Positions 22,107-34,355 of a stretch of DNA of 64,000 nucleotides are shown here, piece after piece. The first letter of the stretch is position 1. Each line of letters opens with the position of its first letter. The translations under genes and the position numbers were made by a program. The stretch is from an uncultured Nitrososphaeraceae archaeon (GTDB taxonomy: Archaea; Thermoproteota; Nitrososphaeria; Nitrososphaerales; Nitrososphaeraceae), in assembly GCA_963825865.1 (NCBI GenBank), contig CAWGVG010000015.1, forward strand, positions 151,569-215,568. Reading direction: 5' to 3'. The notes under the pieces are model-generated. The model saw only the letters and a program-made list of their open reading frames with translations. It was not told the DNA's origin and searched no databases.

Positions 22107-22599
22107 CTAGTCTCTGTAATACTTCATAATTTTTTCAATGACGTCATCCTCTTCATTCCTCTGTTTTTGAAAAATATCTCTGGTATTATCGCGATACCTT
22201 GTAAAGTCCATAGGTGTAATGATGCCTGCAGGTTTTTCAATATCATTTTTCTTTTCAACAACAAGAAGATGTCTTATTTTGTTTTTTAAAAGCACGTCAG
22301 CAGCTTGTTCTGGTGTTGAATTAGAAGGAATAGTGACAAGTGGAGAAGACAGTATATCGGCAACTCGTATAGCATTAATGTTTACATCTTGTTCTTCTTC
22401 TAGGGCAAATACCTTTCTTACTATATCGCGCTCAGTTACCAAACCAATTAGATTACTATATCTATCGATCACTACTAGAGAACTAATGTCCTTGTCTTTC
22501 ATTTTTTTTGCTGCCTTGTTTAACAGAATCTGTTTCTTGAATAGTTTCAAATTTTCTTGTCATAAAGTCATTAACTGTTGTAGTTTTTACCATAATCAT
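22107..22599 (-). CDS. CBS-pair protein (frameshift near 22515)
   Basis: VNDFMTRK..AAKKMKDKDISSLVV..GLVTERDIV..KIRHLLVV..GIITPMD. Confidence 0.9.
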
Positions 22600-22971
22600 A
22601 CTAGATGATATTTTATGATGGATGTTGTAATTATATAGGTGGTTTGCAGTGCATTGCACAAAAGTCAATATCTATCTTGTAAGCAAAAAGAGGTCGCTCC
22701 AATCACAAATCAACTTTCGATTGTCGATATTGATGTATTTACAATAACAAGGCCTAATTATTGTTAATGTGAAAAGTCCAAAGATATACTGATGGAATTG
22801 TAAATACTGGTCTTCTTCTGAAATACTAATTAATGCAAATCCAAGAGACCCAGATATCGAGTCAAGGGTTTTACCATTGCTTGTTGGCGCCGGAATTGAT
22901 GCATGTCCTGGAGCCTCAGAGATTTCACTAGAAGAATGGTTCAGAAGATATAATGTAATATTAGAAAGTGC

Positions 22972-23400
22972 GTGGTCAAAGAGATGAAACAGAGGCAAAA
23001 AACAGCTCAAACAGAAGATTACAAACCTTGCCTAATATGTGAAAAACCTGGAATTGAAAAGCATAGTGAAGTATTGCCAGATAATAGCATACTAATAAAG
23101 GTGATTCATAATGATGGAAAAATATGCGAGTTTGTTGAATACCCATCAATAACTACTTTTTTCAATAGAAAGAAAAGAAGAGAAAGAGATCCAAAAATGA
23201 TGGATTGTCCTCAATGTGGACAAGAGGGACGAATTGGAACTTACAGGGGTAAACAATTTGACAAATGGAAATACTATATAGCTCATGAACAAATAGAAGG
23301 CTATTGGGGTAAAAACCATAAAATCAAAAAATGCAGAAGATGCTACATAAAAACGCAAGATCAAATAAACCAGTATACTAAAGATATTGGGAAGATATAG
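22972..23400 (+). CDS. Zinc-ribbon hypothetical protein
   Basis: CLIC..H....C and CPQCGQEG..H..C motifs. Confidence 0.6.
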   Translation: MVKEMKQRQKTAQTEDYKPCLICEKPGIEKHSEVLPDNSILIKVIHNDGKICEFVEYPSITTFFNRKKRRERDPKMMDCPQCGQEGRIGTYRGKQFDKWKYYIAHEQIEGYWGKNHKIKKCRRCYIKTQDQINQYTKDIGKI

Positions 23401-23402
23401 AT

Positions 23403-23555
23403 CATGACTCCAACCTCTGAAATGACATACTTAAACAAAGCAATTGAGAACTGCAATAAATATGATGGCTCGTTGTATCGCTTTGAGCTGACAAGGCAAT
23501 ATTATTTTTATCGTTGTGATAAATGTGATGCAGAGTTCTACTGGAATAAACACTA
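23403..23555 (+). CDS. Small zinc-ribbon protein (possibly degenerate)
   Basis: Manual translation MTPTSEMTYLNKAIENCNKY..YRCDKCDAEFYWNKH*; directly follows the previous ORF. Confidence 0.45.
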
Positions 23556-24036
23556 ACATTTCTTTTATTTTACATTTACCAAATATTGTAACAGTTATGA
23601 GCTTATACACTCGAAGCTGAGAAATTTCTGTTTTTCAATACAGTTGATGTCAAAAGGCTTAATGATCGTCAATATGGAACATTAAGAGGTAGCGCACTTG
23701 ATAAAGCAAAGAGGTTAGTCGATAGAGAAGGCGGGATCAACGTGAGCGGAGAGTATGGATCTATTGAGATCAACGAAAAGGACTTTATTCCGCTTTAGGC
23801 TATAACGTTCTTGAAATAGTTACTCAAAATTTATCTGTTCGCTGGTGTGGATTATACAATCTCAAACCATATTTTTACTCGTGAATGCCTTTGTATGTGA
23901 GTTAGCGAATTAATGTTAGTTGGTATAGTTTGTGCATTGTCATTCTTTTTTTTATCATGAGTGTCACTGAGATGTCTTTAGCCACTATCGTTGACTTATC
24001 TATATTTGTGACCCTTGTTTAGACGTTACTAATCTT

Positions 24037-24060
24037 GTTAGGTAAGGCTAACTTTTATAA
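24037..24060 (+). promoter_or_regulatory. DtxR/MntR-like operator GTTAGGTAAGGCTAAC abutting TATA box TTTTATAA
   Basis: GTTAG-N6-CTAAC inverted repeat about 35 bp upstream of mntH; resembles DtxR-family boxes. Confidence 0.7.
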
Positions 24061-24088
24061 GTAAGACTAGTTTTATTTACACAAGTTA

Positions 24089-25343
24089 ATGTTCCTCCCA
24101 AAGCATCTCTTAGCAAGAAAGGAGTCTATGCTTAGGCTTATCGTATACACGGGACCTGCCCTTCTGGTGAGTATGGCCTATATGGATCCTGGAAATTATG
24201 GCACGGATATTCAAGGAGGAGCATCCCTTAACTACAGCTTGTTATGGGTTGTTTGGCTTTCAAGCGGCATGGCCATGCTACTTCAATACTTATCCGGAAA
24301 GATCGGAATTGCAACAGGGCTGTCACTGCCAGAAATAATCAGAGAAAAACTCAAAAAGAAAACTTATGTGATACCATACTGGTTAGCTGCAGAGGCAGCT
24401 GGAGCAGCAACCGACCTAGCCGAATATCTAGGTACTGTCATTGCGCTTAATTTACTGTTTGGAATACCAATGATCTACGCTGCTATATTTGGTGCCTTAG
24501 ATGTAATTATAATTTTGATTTTGGCTACACAAGGCAGATTTCATATTATTGAGAGGCTGTTCGCAATATTTGTATCAATAATAGGTTTTGGGTACCTATA
24601 TGAAATATTTATTGTAAAGCCAGATGCATCCACAATTTTATACCATTCTTTCGTTCCCTCACTTGCTGGCAGCCATGCCATACTTCTCGCTGTAGGAGTT
24701 ATTGGAGCTACTGTGATGCCTCATGCCCTTTTTGTCCATTCTTGGCTTACCAAAAACAAAGCTCAAAACAAGCCCTTGGAAGACAGAAGGAGAATGCGTA
24801 AACTTCACCTTGTGGAAAATGTTATTTTGCTGACAATTGCAGGTATGGTTAATGCTCGCTATAATGATCATGGTGGCTGTCGCCTTTCATTCAGACAATC
24901 CTAATGTAGCTTCGATATCGGAGGCTTACAAAACTCTTGTGCCTTTGTTTGGTGCAACAGCCGGAGTAGTCTTTCTAGTTACACTTCTCTCTTCAGGTAT
25001 TGCATCATCGGTCGTCGGAACACTTGCCGGTCAGGCTATAATGGAAGGCCTGTTGGGAAAGAAAGTAAATCTTTGGCTCAGGCGATTTGTAACTCGCTTT
25101 ATAAATGTTATTCCTACTACAATAGCAATACTTTTAGGTCTTGATCCGCTTAATATTCTGGTTTACAGTCAAGTTATACTAAGTCTTATGATACCACTTC
25201 CCATGATCCCGCTTGTAATTCTTACTAGGAACAAAGCATTAATGGGTGAATTCGTTAACAGGAATGTCACGTCATTTCTCGCTATTATCTTTGTGGTAAT
25301 CATACTTATGTTCAACTCTTATTTGATAGTAAATATAAAATAA
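24089..25343 (+). CDS. mntH: Nramp/MntH divalent metal transporter (frameshift near 24855)
   Basis: AYMDPGNYGTD, GATVMPHALF and SSVVGTLAGQAIMEG signatures. Confidence 0.95.
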
Positions 25344-25384
25344 AAACAGGTAACAATATGGTAGCAGATAACGCACCTAAAACA

Positions 25385-25490
25385 GAAGTATATAGTAGGA
25401 CGACCCCGAAAATCACTTAATGACACTGACTGTTCTGGCGTGGTATTAAGATCAAATATGCTGATTTTTGTTCTTGTTGTCCAAATGCTA
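25385..25490 (-). pseudogene. Peroxiredoxin/redoxin N-terminal fragment
   Basis: FDLNTTPEQSVSLSDFRGRPT. Confidence 0.6.
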
Positions 25491-25974
25491 ATTCCGCCAT
25501 AATTGTCAAACATCTAGTAGATTTAATAGTATATATACATCGTATTTGTTAGTCTTGTACTCAGACTATGGCAACAAGATTTGTGGCATGTGCATGCCAA
25601 GTTTTTTAAAAGGTTCAGCTGTTGCATATAGCTAATGACACAGAAAAAGTATACAGTATAACACTTCAAACTTCTAATACTATATAAAAAAAGATATGTT
25701 TGTGTGAAATCAAATTGCTCAGTTATCTGATTAAGATTTAAGACAATTTCGATTATTATAACGGAATTATACTGCTCCATCTCATAGAGTTGATGTTGTA
25801 TAGTTAGTAAAATATGGTAATCTAATATACAAGAAGTAACTTTCATGTTTATATATAATTACCACGTTATAGTTACTTATGAGAAAATATCTAAATTTAA
25901 TTTCTGAGTTGAACGATGATAATGGTGATTACAAAAACGAGAAAAAATACTCAAACTCGCAAATACGAAGTTTT

Positions 25975-26883
25975 ATGGCTGATTCGAACCAAATAGTATG
26001 CTCTATATGCAAAAGTAATCAAACAATCACAGATACTGAATCTGGCGAGATTATATGTAGTAAATGTGGCCAAGTCATTTCAGACAAGATTCAAGAAATA
26101 CATCCTGAATGGCGGAATTTTGCGTTATCAGAGGGGTCCAATGATAAAAGCAGAATAGGTATGTCAACATCCTTAGCACGACATGATATGGGACTATCAA
26201 CAATAATCGGAAGAACTGACAGAGACGCTAGTGGCCAAAAAATAGATGCAGTGATGCGCTCTACAATGGAGAGATTGAGGACATGGGATACTAGAACACA
26301 AACTCATACTCCTGCTGATAGAAGTCTAAAACAAGCCTTTTTTCAACTTGATATATTAAAAGATAAACTTGGACTATCAGATACAGTAGTTGAGAAAACG
26401 GCTTATATCTACAGAAAGACTCAGGAAAGACAATTGGTACGAGGTAGGACAATTTCTGGAATTCTGGCTGCTCGCAGTATATATTGCATGTAGAGAGTTG
26501 GGAACTCCAAGAACGCTAAAAGATATAGTCCTGCGTATAGTAACGTTAAGCTCAAAGAAGTTGCTAGAAGCTATAGACTGCTGTACTTTGAACTTAACCT
26601 TAAAATTCCTATAGTTAACCCCATGAAATGCATTGCAAGAGTGGCAAACAAAGCTAACCTGAGTGAGAAGACTAAACGACAAGCGGCAGAGATTATGAAC
26701 AACATTACTAAAAGGGAGCTATCTGCTGGAAAAGATCCAATGGGTCTTGCTCGGATCTGTACTTTATCTAGCATCTTTGAATACAGGAGAGAATATAACT
26801 TAGACTGATATTGCAGATGCTGTGAGAGTAACAGAAGTGACTATTAGAAATAGAGTAAAAGAGCTAAAGAAACAAGTATTTAA
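25975..26883 (+). CDS. tfb: Transcription initiation factor IIB (several frameshifts)
   Basis: Zn ribbon CSIC..GEIICSKCG, PEWRNF, GLSTII, RLRTWD, LVRGRTI, GKDPMGL, VTEVTIRNR. Confidence 0.93.
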
Positions 26884-27162
26884 GAAGGATAAAGTTCAAA
26901 ATAATTTTACCAATTAGGATAATACATTAAGCGACCAAAGACGGCAAAGGTGTACCTAGATCTGAATGGTGTGAGAAATTTGCGTAACTACTTTTTTTGG
27001 ATCAAGTCGAAAAATAAGTTTCTCTAGAAGAGACATCTATATTTAGTTCTACTAATTTTATACAACTCTTTTAAAGAATTCTAAATACATAACAAACGAA
27101 TAGTTATAGAAATCATAAGCTTTATGAAATGAATAAACAATTCTTCAAGTTAGAAGAGATTT

Positions 27163-27405
27163 TTGGTTATGGAAACAGTATTAGACTGGAATGAAATAAT
27201 AAGATCAAAGAAAAAAGTAAAAGCTAGAGATAAGATTCCGTGTGGAAATGTAATTGCAGAATACAAAGATAGCATAATAGTGTTAGACGGAGAAGAAATC
27301 TTTTCTCATGAGTATATTATTCCAAAATCTAAGGTAGATAATTGTAATGGAGGAGAGCTTTACCTTACTATACCTTATAGTATGTTATTAAATTTTGACT
27401 TTTGA
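27163..27405 (+). CDS. Small hypothetical protein (PRC-barrel/DUF2171-like)
   Basis: KVKARDKIPCGNV..HEYIIPKSKVD..LYL. Confidence 0.6.
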   Translation: MVMETVLDWNEIIRSKKKVKARDKIPCGNVIAEYKDSIIVLDGEEIFSHEYIIPKSKVDNCNGGELYLTIPYSMLLNFDF

Positions 27406-27475
27406 ATTACTAACCTAATAAAGAATGGTTTTGTATTCATTTAGGAAATGCAAACATCATCTTTCTTGTACCTTA

Positions 27476-28640
27476 AGTCAAGTGTCATAACTAATGTCGT
27501 CATACCATCTTCCAAATCGTTTGTCCAAATATTCTGATACTGCAGCTTTCTGGTCTTCCATATGTTCATAGAATCTATTCGCACATACATCTGACTTTAT
27601 TTGCTGGTTTACTTTCCTTTCATTCGGATTTAGGTATGGTGCTTTCTTTGGAAGGTGGATTATGGTCAGCCCAGTCTTCTTTCTCTGTGCATTGATATAA
27701 TTCCGTACCATTAGGCTTACATGATATGAAGCGTTATCCCATATGAGTACCAGTCTTTTCCACCAATCATTTTTCATAATGTTTGTCTTGAGATTCTCTA
27801 GATGGTCGATAGTATTCGTAGAATCCATTTTATCATAGAAATCATACGTCATTAATTTCTCTTCAGGCCATACCATGGATATGTATGCAGAGAACTTCTT
27901 TCTACTACCAGTATGTTCTATCCTTTGTTGCTCACCTTCAAAACTCATGGATTTTCGAATACAAGGTTTCTGTGTTATAATAGTCTCATCTTCAAATGCT
28001 ACTACAACTCCCTTTTTTTCAGAGCTGAAGCTATCTGTTTGTAGTTTTGCACTTTCTCTTTTCCCTCTTCATAATCCTCTCCTCCATGTAGCAATTCCAG
28101 TTTTGGCCTTTTGCACCTAACTCCTAAATCTTTTGTTATTCGCTCCATGTGCTTGAAACTGATTGGGATTCCTAGCTCATTTGTCAGACAGTTTGCAAGT
28201 AATCTCAGACTCCATGTATTTCTAAGATAACCAAAGATGTGCGGGTCGTTAAATAATGCTGATAGAATAATCTCTCTGTTTTCATCTGTTATGCCAGATT
28301 TTGTTCCGCCAGGTTTCTTCATCTTTATTCTATCTATCCCACTTTGGATATAGGCAGCAACCCATCTCTGTACAGACCTGCTGCCTGACTCCGTGTTCAT
28401 TTGCTATGTCTTCGTAAGTTCTACCTTCAGCTTTTTGGAGTATAGCCAGTAGCCTGCGGTATTCTTTTTTGTTACCCGTATTCTTCATAAATGACTTTAA
28501 TTTGTTCCTCTGTCCTATGGTAAGTTTGAGTTTGAAAGGATGATTCACAGAATGAAAATATCTCATTTACTAAGCTTTAACTATTTCCAAATCTAGGTTA
28601 TGTAATGAACAAATAACGACATAAACTCAGACACTTCACT
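27476..28640 (-). mobile_element. IS630-family element (HTH plus DDE transposase, split ORFs)
   Basis: TIRs AGTCAAGTGTC..ATGTCGT / ACGACAT..GACACTTCACT; TA on both sides; WSLRLLA, FEDET, LIWDNASYH, APYLNPNE; A7G slippery run near 28015. Confidence 0.9.
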
Positions 28641-28647
28641 TAGCCTT

Positions 28648-28940
28648 AAGGTGTTATAGTTACGGAAGTGCATTGGTTCAGCAATTGAGTAACTAAGTTT
28701 GCTACGTCCACCACTTGTTGTGAAGATACAAAGCAGGTGCCTGTTTGTAGATTGCTGTTTATCAGAATTGTTTGTGGTATATTGTTTCTGTCATGAACTA
28801 CTACTGTTTTGTGGATAACCCTTACGTTATTATGGTCATCATCATGATGGCGTTTGTGATCACATGCTCCTGGATGTAACTTCCAGAAACCGCCATCGCC
28901 GCACTTACCTTTGCCCTGAGGACAACCACCATCACCTATT
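28648..28940 (-). pseudogene. C-terminal fragment of a Cys/His-rich probable secreted protein
   Basis: Manual translation GDGGCPQGKGKCGDGGFWKLHPGACDHKRHHDDDHNNVRVIHKTVVVH..CFVSSQQ..LLNQCTSVTITP. Confidence 0.4.
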
Positions 28941-28942
28941 TT

Positions 28943-29215
28943 ATGACAGTCTTCACCATCACAGCACTGCTCTTAAGCTACTTTTTCATCATCTCTGGAT
29001 GGGTAGGATATAGTAAGTCTATAAGCAAACGTCTTCATAGGGAAAATCGACTTGGCAATTTGAGATTTGTGGTTGATTTAGTTATACTGTATCTTGCTTT
29101 CTATCTGCTTAACCTAACCGATCCTCTGAAATTTAAATCGTTTAGCTCTATATTCACTGACTTCCTTTTTGCATTTCCTCGTGCTGTAGGCTGGCAGTTA
29201 ATACAGCCTTCCTAA
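28943..29215 (+). pseudogene. Membrane protein fragment
   Basis: Hydrophobic ORF (LSYFFIISGWVGYSKSI..LRFVVDLVILYL) with no clear start context. Confidence 0.5.
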
Positions 29216-29278
29216 GATTTTCCTTCTCCGCATATGTTAATTTGCCCATATTGAAAACATTCACCTAACTGATGTTAT

Positions 29279-30277
29279 TGCTCTGTTGCATAATTCATTA
29301 GGATTTTAGGTTATGCAAACCGTTAGCTAGGTCATTCGATTGAACATGTTATACAGAGCTGCCTTTAGGAGGATCTCTTTTACCATGTGAGGAAACTTTC
29401 TAGCTGTTACATGTTCACCAAATGTTCTTTTAATGGAAGAGAATGCTGTTTCTGCTATCCACCTGTACCCATAGCTCACGCTACGCTTCCATTTTTTGAG
29501 GTTTGCTTGTTGTCTTACTACAGACATATTCCTAGCATAACAGTTAGTTGACTTGACCTTGGAATTACTTCTTGTCTTTATACCAGGCTTAATGTGGTTC
29601 TTTGATAGGTATCTAAAATTCTTATTGCTGTCGTACATACCATCTGCTAATATACCCTTCAGATTATTATTTTCAGAAGCATTGTCTACTAACTTCTTTA
29701 GCATCTTACCATCATGTACCTCTTCACTTGTTACCTCCAGAGATACAATTCTTTTCTTCTCGATATCAACTGCTATGTGTATCTTTAGATATCCTTTTCT
29801 GACATGCCATTTGTGGTGCATCCATTCCCCTCGATTAGCTACCTTAATGCCGGTGCTGTCTAAAGCAATGACAATATCATTTCCTAATTTTTCATCGATT
29901 TTAATCTCTAGCCTGTTTATACGTCTATTAATGGTACTATAATGTGGTGTGTTTGATACTTCTTTACTTGCATGAGCTATGACTACACCCTGTGTTTGTC
30001 TATATGGTAGATGGAAATATGCTCTCATGTAACCTAGAAGCTGAATAAATGAATTTGGGTAGCAGTAGGGCTCACCAACCTTACCAAGGTTCATTTGACA
30101 TAATTCATGATCCCATCCATCAAGTACATCAAAATCCAAGAGTACTTGACCACGCCTAACTAGTGATTCATTATAGCAAGGCCAGTCAACCATACCAGAA
30201 TAATTAATACTAGCAAGCTAAATGGTGAGTGGTCAAATAAGTATCACTTACAAGATAATTAATCATGCAACAAAGCA
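29279..30277 (-). mobile_element. Intact IS5-family element (IS903-like); transposase 29327..30193
   Basis: TIRs TGCTCTGTTGCATAATT / AATCATGCAACAAAGCA; 8-bp TSD GATGTTAT (29271-78, 30278-85); unbroken 288 aa ORF with ALDSTG, LADGMYD and RWIAETAFS. Confidence 0.95.
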
Positions 30278-30363
30278 GATGTTATTATTATATTATTATA
30301 TGGTGAATTATCGGCCTAAATTGGACTTCCTTTACGTCTAGGAGTTGCTATTTTTTGAGAAGC

Positions 30364-33196
30364 TTACAAGTTAACAGATTCTTGTTTATTAGCATAACCA
30401 GAAATTTTCTCATTGAGAAGATTGTAATGCTGCTCACTTATCTTTCCTTTTGCATATGCATCTGTTACATCATTTTTTATCTTATTCAGCAGTATTACGT
30501 TACTTCTATTATCCAATTTACTATTCAGTGAATCAATTCTTTTATCATAAATATCTTCATAGAGCATTGAGATCTCATTTTTCAAGTTTGCGTATTGCTG
30601 CTCACTTATCTTTCCCTTTGCATATGTGTCTGCTATATTGGTCTTTAATTTGTCTAAAGGTTCGATATCATTTTCATCTAATTTGCCATCGTTAAACAGG
30701 GAACTAATAGTTTTATGATATTGATGTACCTCTTCCTCCCTGTCTTTTTGCTTTTATCCATCCTATAATACTTGGTATAGACCAACCAACTATAGAACTA
30801 ACAAGAATACCGTATAACGGAATCCAATATTGTGGCGGTACTGGCGAAGGAAGCTCTTTGAAGTTAGCAGTAAAATTACCAAATTGGGTAACAGTTGAAA
30901 TTTGCTGACGTATCTTTTGGGCCAATACCCAAAGGTACTTAAAAGGGAATTTAATGGATCTGAAACTGTAGATGTTGATATAGTTTTGGTCGATTTTTGT
31001 CCCAAATTTTCAATCCAACTACTAAACTGAAATCCTTTGTTAGGCTCAGCTACACATTGAGTGCCAAAGTCAATATACTGCTTTGAAGATGATTCTCGGT
31101 TATTACATTTTATATGTCCTGAGTCAGATGGGCTAATATTAAATATAATTCCTGCTACGACATTATTGCTATCACCATCGATCACCGAGACAATATTAGA
31201 GAATATATCAATTACATATATTTTATTTGTATTTGGGTTAACAGCTATAGCCCAAGGCTGGGATCCTGCTACTTTAACTTGTGTAACATTCTTACTATCA
31301 CCATCAATCACAGAGACGATATTAGAACTCCCATAAGCTACGTATATTTTATTTCTGTTTTCATTAACAGCAATAGCTGATGGAGCTTTATGTTCAAATA
31401 AAATTGTGTCTATGATATTTTCGTTAGAGTATCCAACTGTGTGGTCATCTATTACATCGACACTACCAATCAATCTACGAAATGTGGGTATATACACAAG
31501 ATCCGTTTTATCATTAACAGCGATTTGCGAAGGAAATAATCCCACTTTAACTTGTGTAACGTTATTAGTATTGCCATCAATTACAGAGACAGTATTAGAA
31601 CGTGAATAAGGCACGTATATTTTATTTGTACCTGGATTAATAGATATGTGTGGAATACTTGCCATACCTGTTTGTGTACCAAATCCCACTTTAACTTGTG
31701 TAACATTCTTAGTTCTTGCATCAATTACGGAAACAATATTAGAACCTCCACTGCCTAGGTATATTTTATTTGTATTTGGATTAACAGCGATAGCTCTTGG
31801 ATTAAATCCTGGATCAAATCCCACTTTAACTTGTGTAACGTTATTAGTATTGCCATCAATTACAGAGACAGTATTAGAACCTGCATTAGCTACATATATT
31901 TGATTTATATTTGGGTTAACAGCGATAGCGAAAGGATAAGTTCCAACTTTAACTTTAGTGAATTCTATGTTGGTATCGCCATCAATCACAGAGGTAGTAT
32001 TAGAAAAGGCATTAGCTACGTATATTTTATTTGTATCTGGATTAACAGCTATGGCTAAAGGATAACCTCCTACTTTAACTTGTGTAACGTTATTAGGAGT
32101 ACCATCGATTACAGAGACAGTATTAGAACGTGCATTAGCTACGTATATTTTATTTGTATCTGGATTAACAGCTATGGCTAAAGGAGCGTTACCCACCTTA
32201 ATGGCAGGTGTATCAACTGATCCATTATTTGTATTTGCATCAATTACAGAGACAGTACCAGAAAGGTTACTGGCTACGTATATTTTATTTGTAGTTGGAT
32301 TAACAGCTATGTATAAATTACCAAATCCGGCGTTATCTGTGTTTATTTGTGTTACTACTTTCTTTGTCACTACCATCAATTACAGAGACAGCAGTAGAAT
32401 TCACATTAGTTACGTATATTTTATTTGTAGTTGGATTAACAGCTATCTGTCGAGCAGAAAATGTGATGGCGGATACAACATCTAGCTTATTTGTACTACC
32501 ATCTATTAAATAAAGCCTGTGTAGTTGGTTTGATGCTACGTATATTTTATTTGTATCTGGATTAACTGCTATGGCTGAAGGATCAAACCCTATTGGAACT
32601 TGTGTAACGTTATTAGTATTGCCATCAATTACAGAGACAGTATTAGAACCTGCATTAGCTACGTATATTTTATTTGTAATTGGATTAACAGCTAAGGCTA
32701 AAGGATCAAACCCTATTGGAACTTGTGTAACGTTATTAGTATTACCATCAATTACAGAGACAGTATTAGAACCTGCATTAGCTACGTATATTTTATTTGT
32801 ACTTGGATTAACAGCTAAGGCTAAAGGATCAAACCCTATTGGAACTTGTGTAACGTTATTAGTATTACCATCAATTACAGAGACAGCACTAGAGTTCACA
32901 TAAGCTACGTATATTTTATTTGTAATTGGATTAACAGCTAAGGCTAAAGGATAAGTCCCAACTTTAACTTTAGCTAGTTCTTTACAGGCATCACCATCAA
33001 TCACAGAGGTAGTATTGGAATAGGCATTAGCTACGTATATTTTATTTGTACCTGGATTAACAGCTATATATCCTCCAAAGCTACTTAGGGGAATTACACA
33101 TGAATTTGGTCTATTTGAAACAGTATCTAATACTTGACCATCTATTGGATTTTGTGGTAAAATTATCGCAGAAGCTAATAATACAATGCCTGACAA
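30364..33196 (-). CDS. Large YVTN/YncE beta-propeller surface protein with TM helix and cytoplasmic tail (split by frameshifts)
   Basis: About 14-15 repeats of AVNPxTNKIYVAN..SNTVSVIDG; CVAEPNKGFQFSSW domain; TM YWIPLYGILVSSIVGWSIP; duplicated YAKGKISEQ tail. Confidence 0.9.
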
Positions 33197-34355
33197 TATT
33201 AGAAGTAAGCATTTTCTTTGAACTTTACTGATTTTTAATTGTCTGTGACACTGAAATATATAGCAATAGTATGCATTCTAGGGATAAAATCCTATCGCAA
33301 TTAACTGTTAATTACTGAAATCCTTGAATTGCCAGGCCGAGTCTTCTTTACCTTCAAGCATAGTGCGCATATAGATCCATTTTCGGATTGGACAAGATAA
33401 AGTTACTATTATTAAAGTTTGGGCTGAAAATTGTGTATTGCGTATTCCTTTTAAGGCTGAGCATAAAATGGCGTAATTGGTGGTACCTTTTTTGACCTCA
33501 ATTGGTTTTAAGTGGTACACGCACCTGATTTAAGGTGATAAGATTTGTTGCCAGTTTCCGTTTGAACTACTATCGTAGATTTTTTGTAGTTATAAGAGTT
33601 TACAAAAAAAATGGCAAAAATTAGCCGGAAACCAACTGTTTTCTTTTCACATTTTCAGGAAAATTCTGTTATCACTTCTTAGAAGGTTCTTATCACCACT
33701 ATCATGTCTGGTGATAAAAATGTCCTTCAAATGACAAGGGTGTGGACTTATTTTCGCTACGAGTGGTTCCGCTGGATGAGTTTATAGTAAGTTCAGAATT
33801 TCAAAATATTGGATTAGCATCAGATAATCCCCTGTCGTTATAGCTTTTCTGGGCTATCTATTTAATGGCTCTACAAGTCCAGTAAGTGAGCCGCTTCAGA
33901 CTTGTAGATCAACCTTGAACTTGTTTGCTTTCTCTATTTTTTAATAAAACAATTAAATTGTTTTTTATAAATGCTTTTTTCAGATTTTATAAGGAGAGGA
34001 GTCTCATATTGCCGGCTCATAATTTGAGAGACGTGACGCAATTGATGATGGACCCCCTGCTCTATTGTTACTAGAAGTGTTGCATACTGCTACTTCTGGA
34101 TTACAGTATCGGGTATCTGGGAGTGACCTTAATGCAGGTGTTGCTGCCCAGTAGTCCAAGTCCAACTCTTGTGTTAGATCTTGTGAACTTGAATCATTTT
34201 CTAAGACTATCCAATGTTATGAATGTATACATGTTATTCTATATTCTTTCAGACATGAACAAAGTTATTCCATTTAAGCTATAGTTCTACCTAAGTGAAC
34301 AGAGGGAATTACTACTCAAAGTATTTAAACACAGGTATATCTAAATCAATTATTC

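Noticed and set aside
31200-33070. Periodic repeats as a CRISPR array or non-coding repeat array
   Set aside because: The repeats are in-frame YVTN blades of a coding sequence; there are no unique spacers or cas genes.
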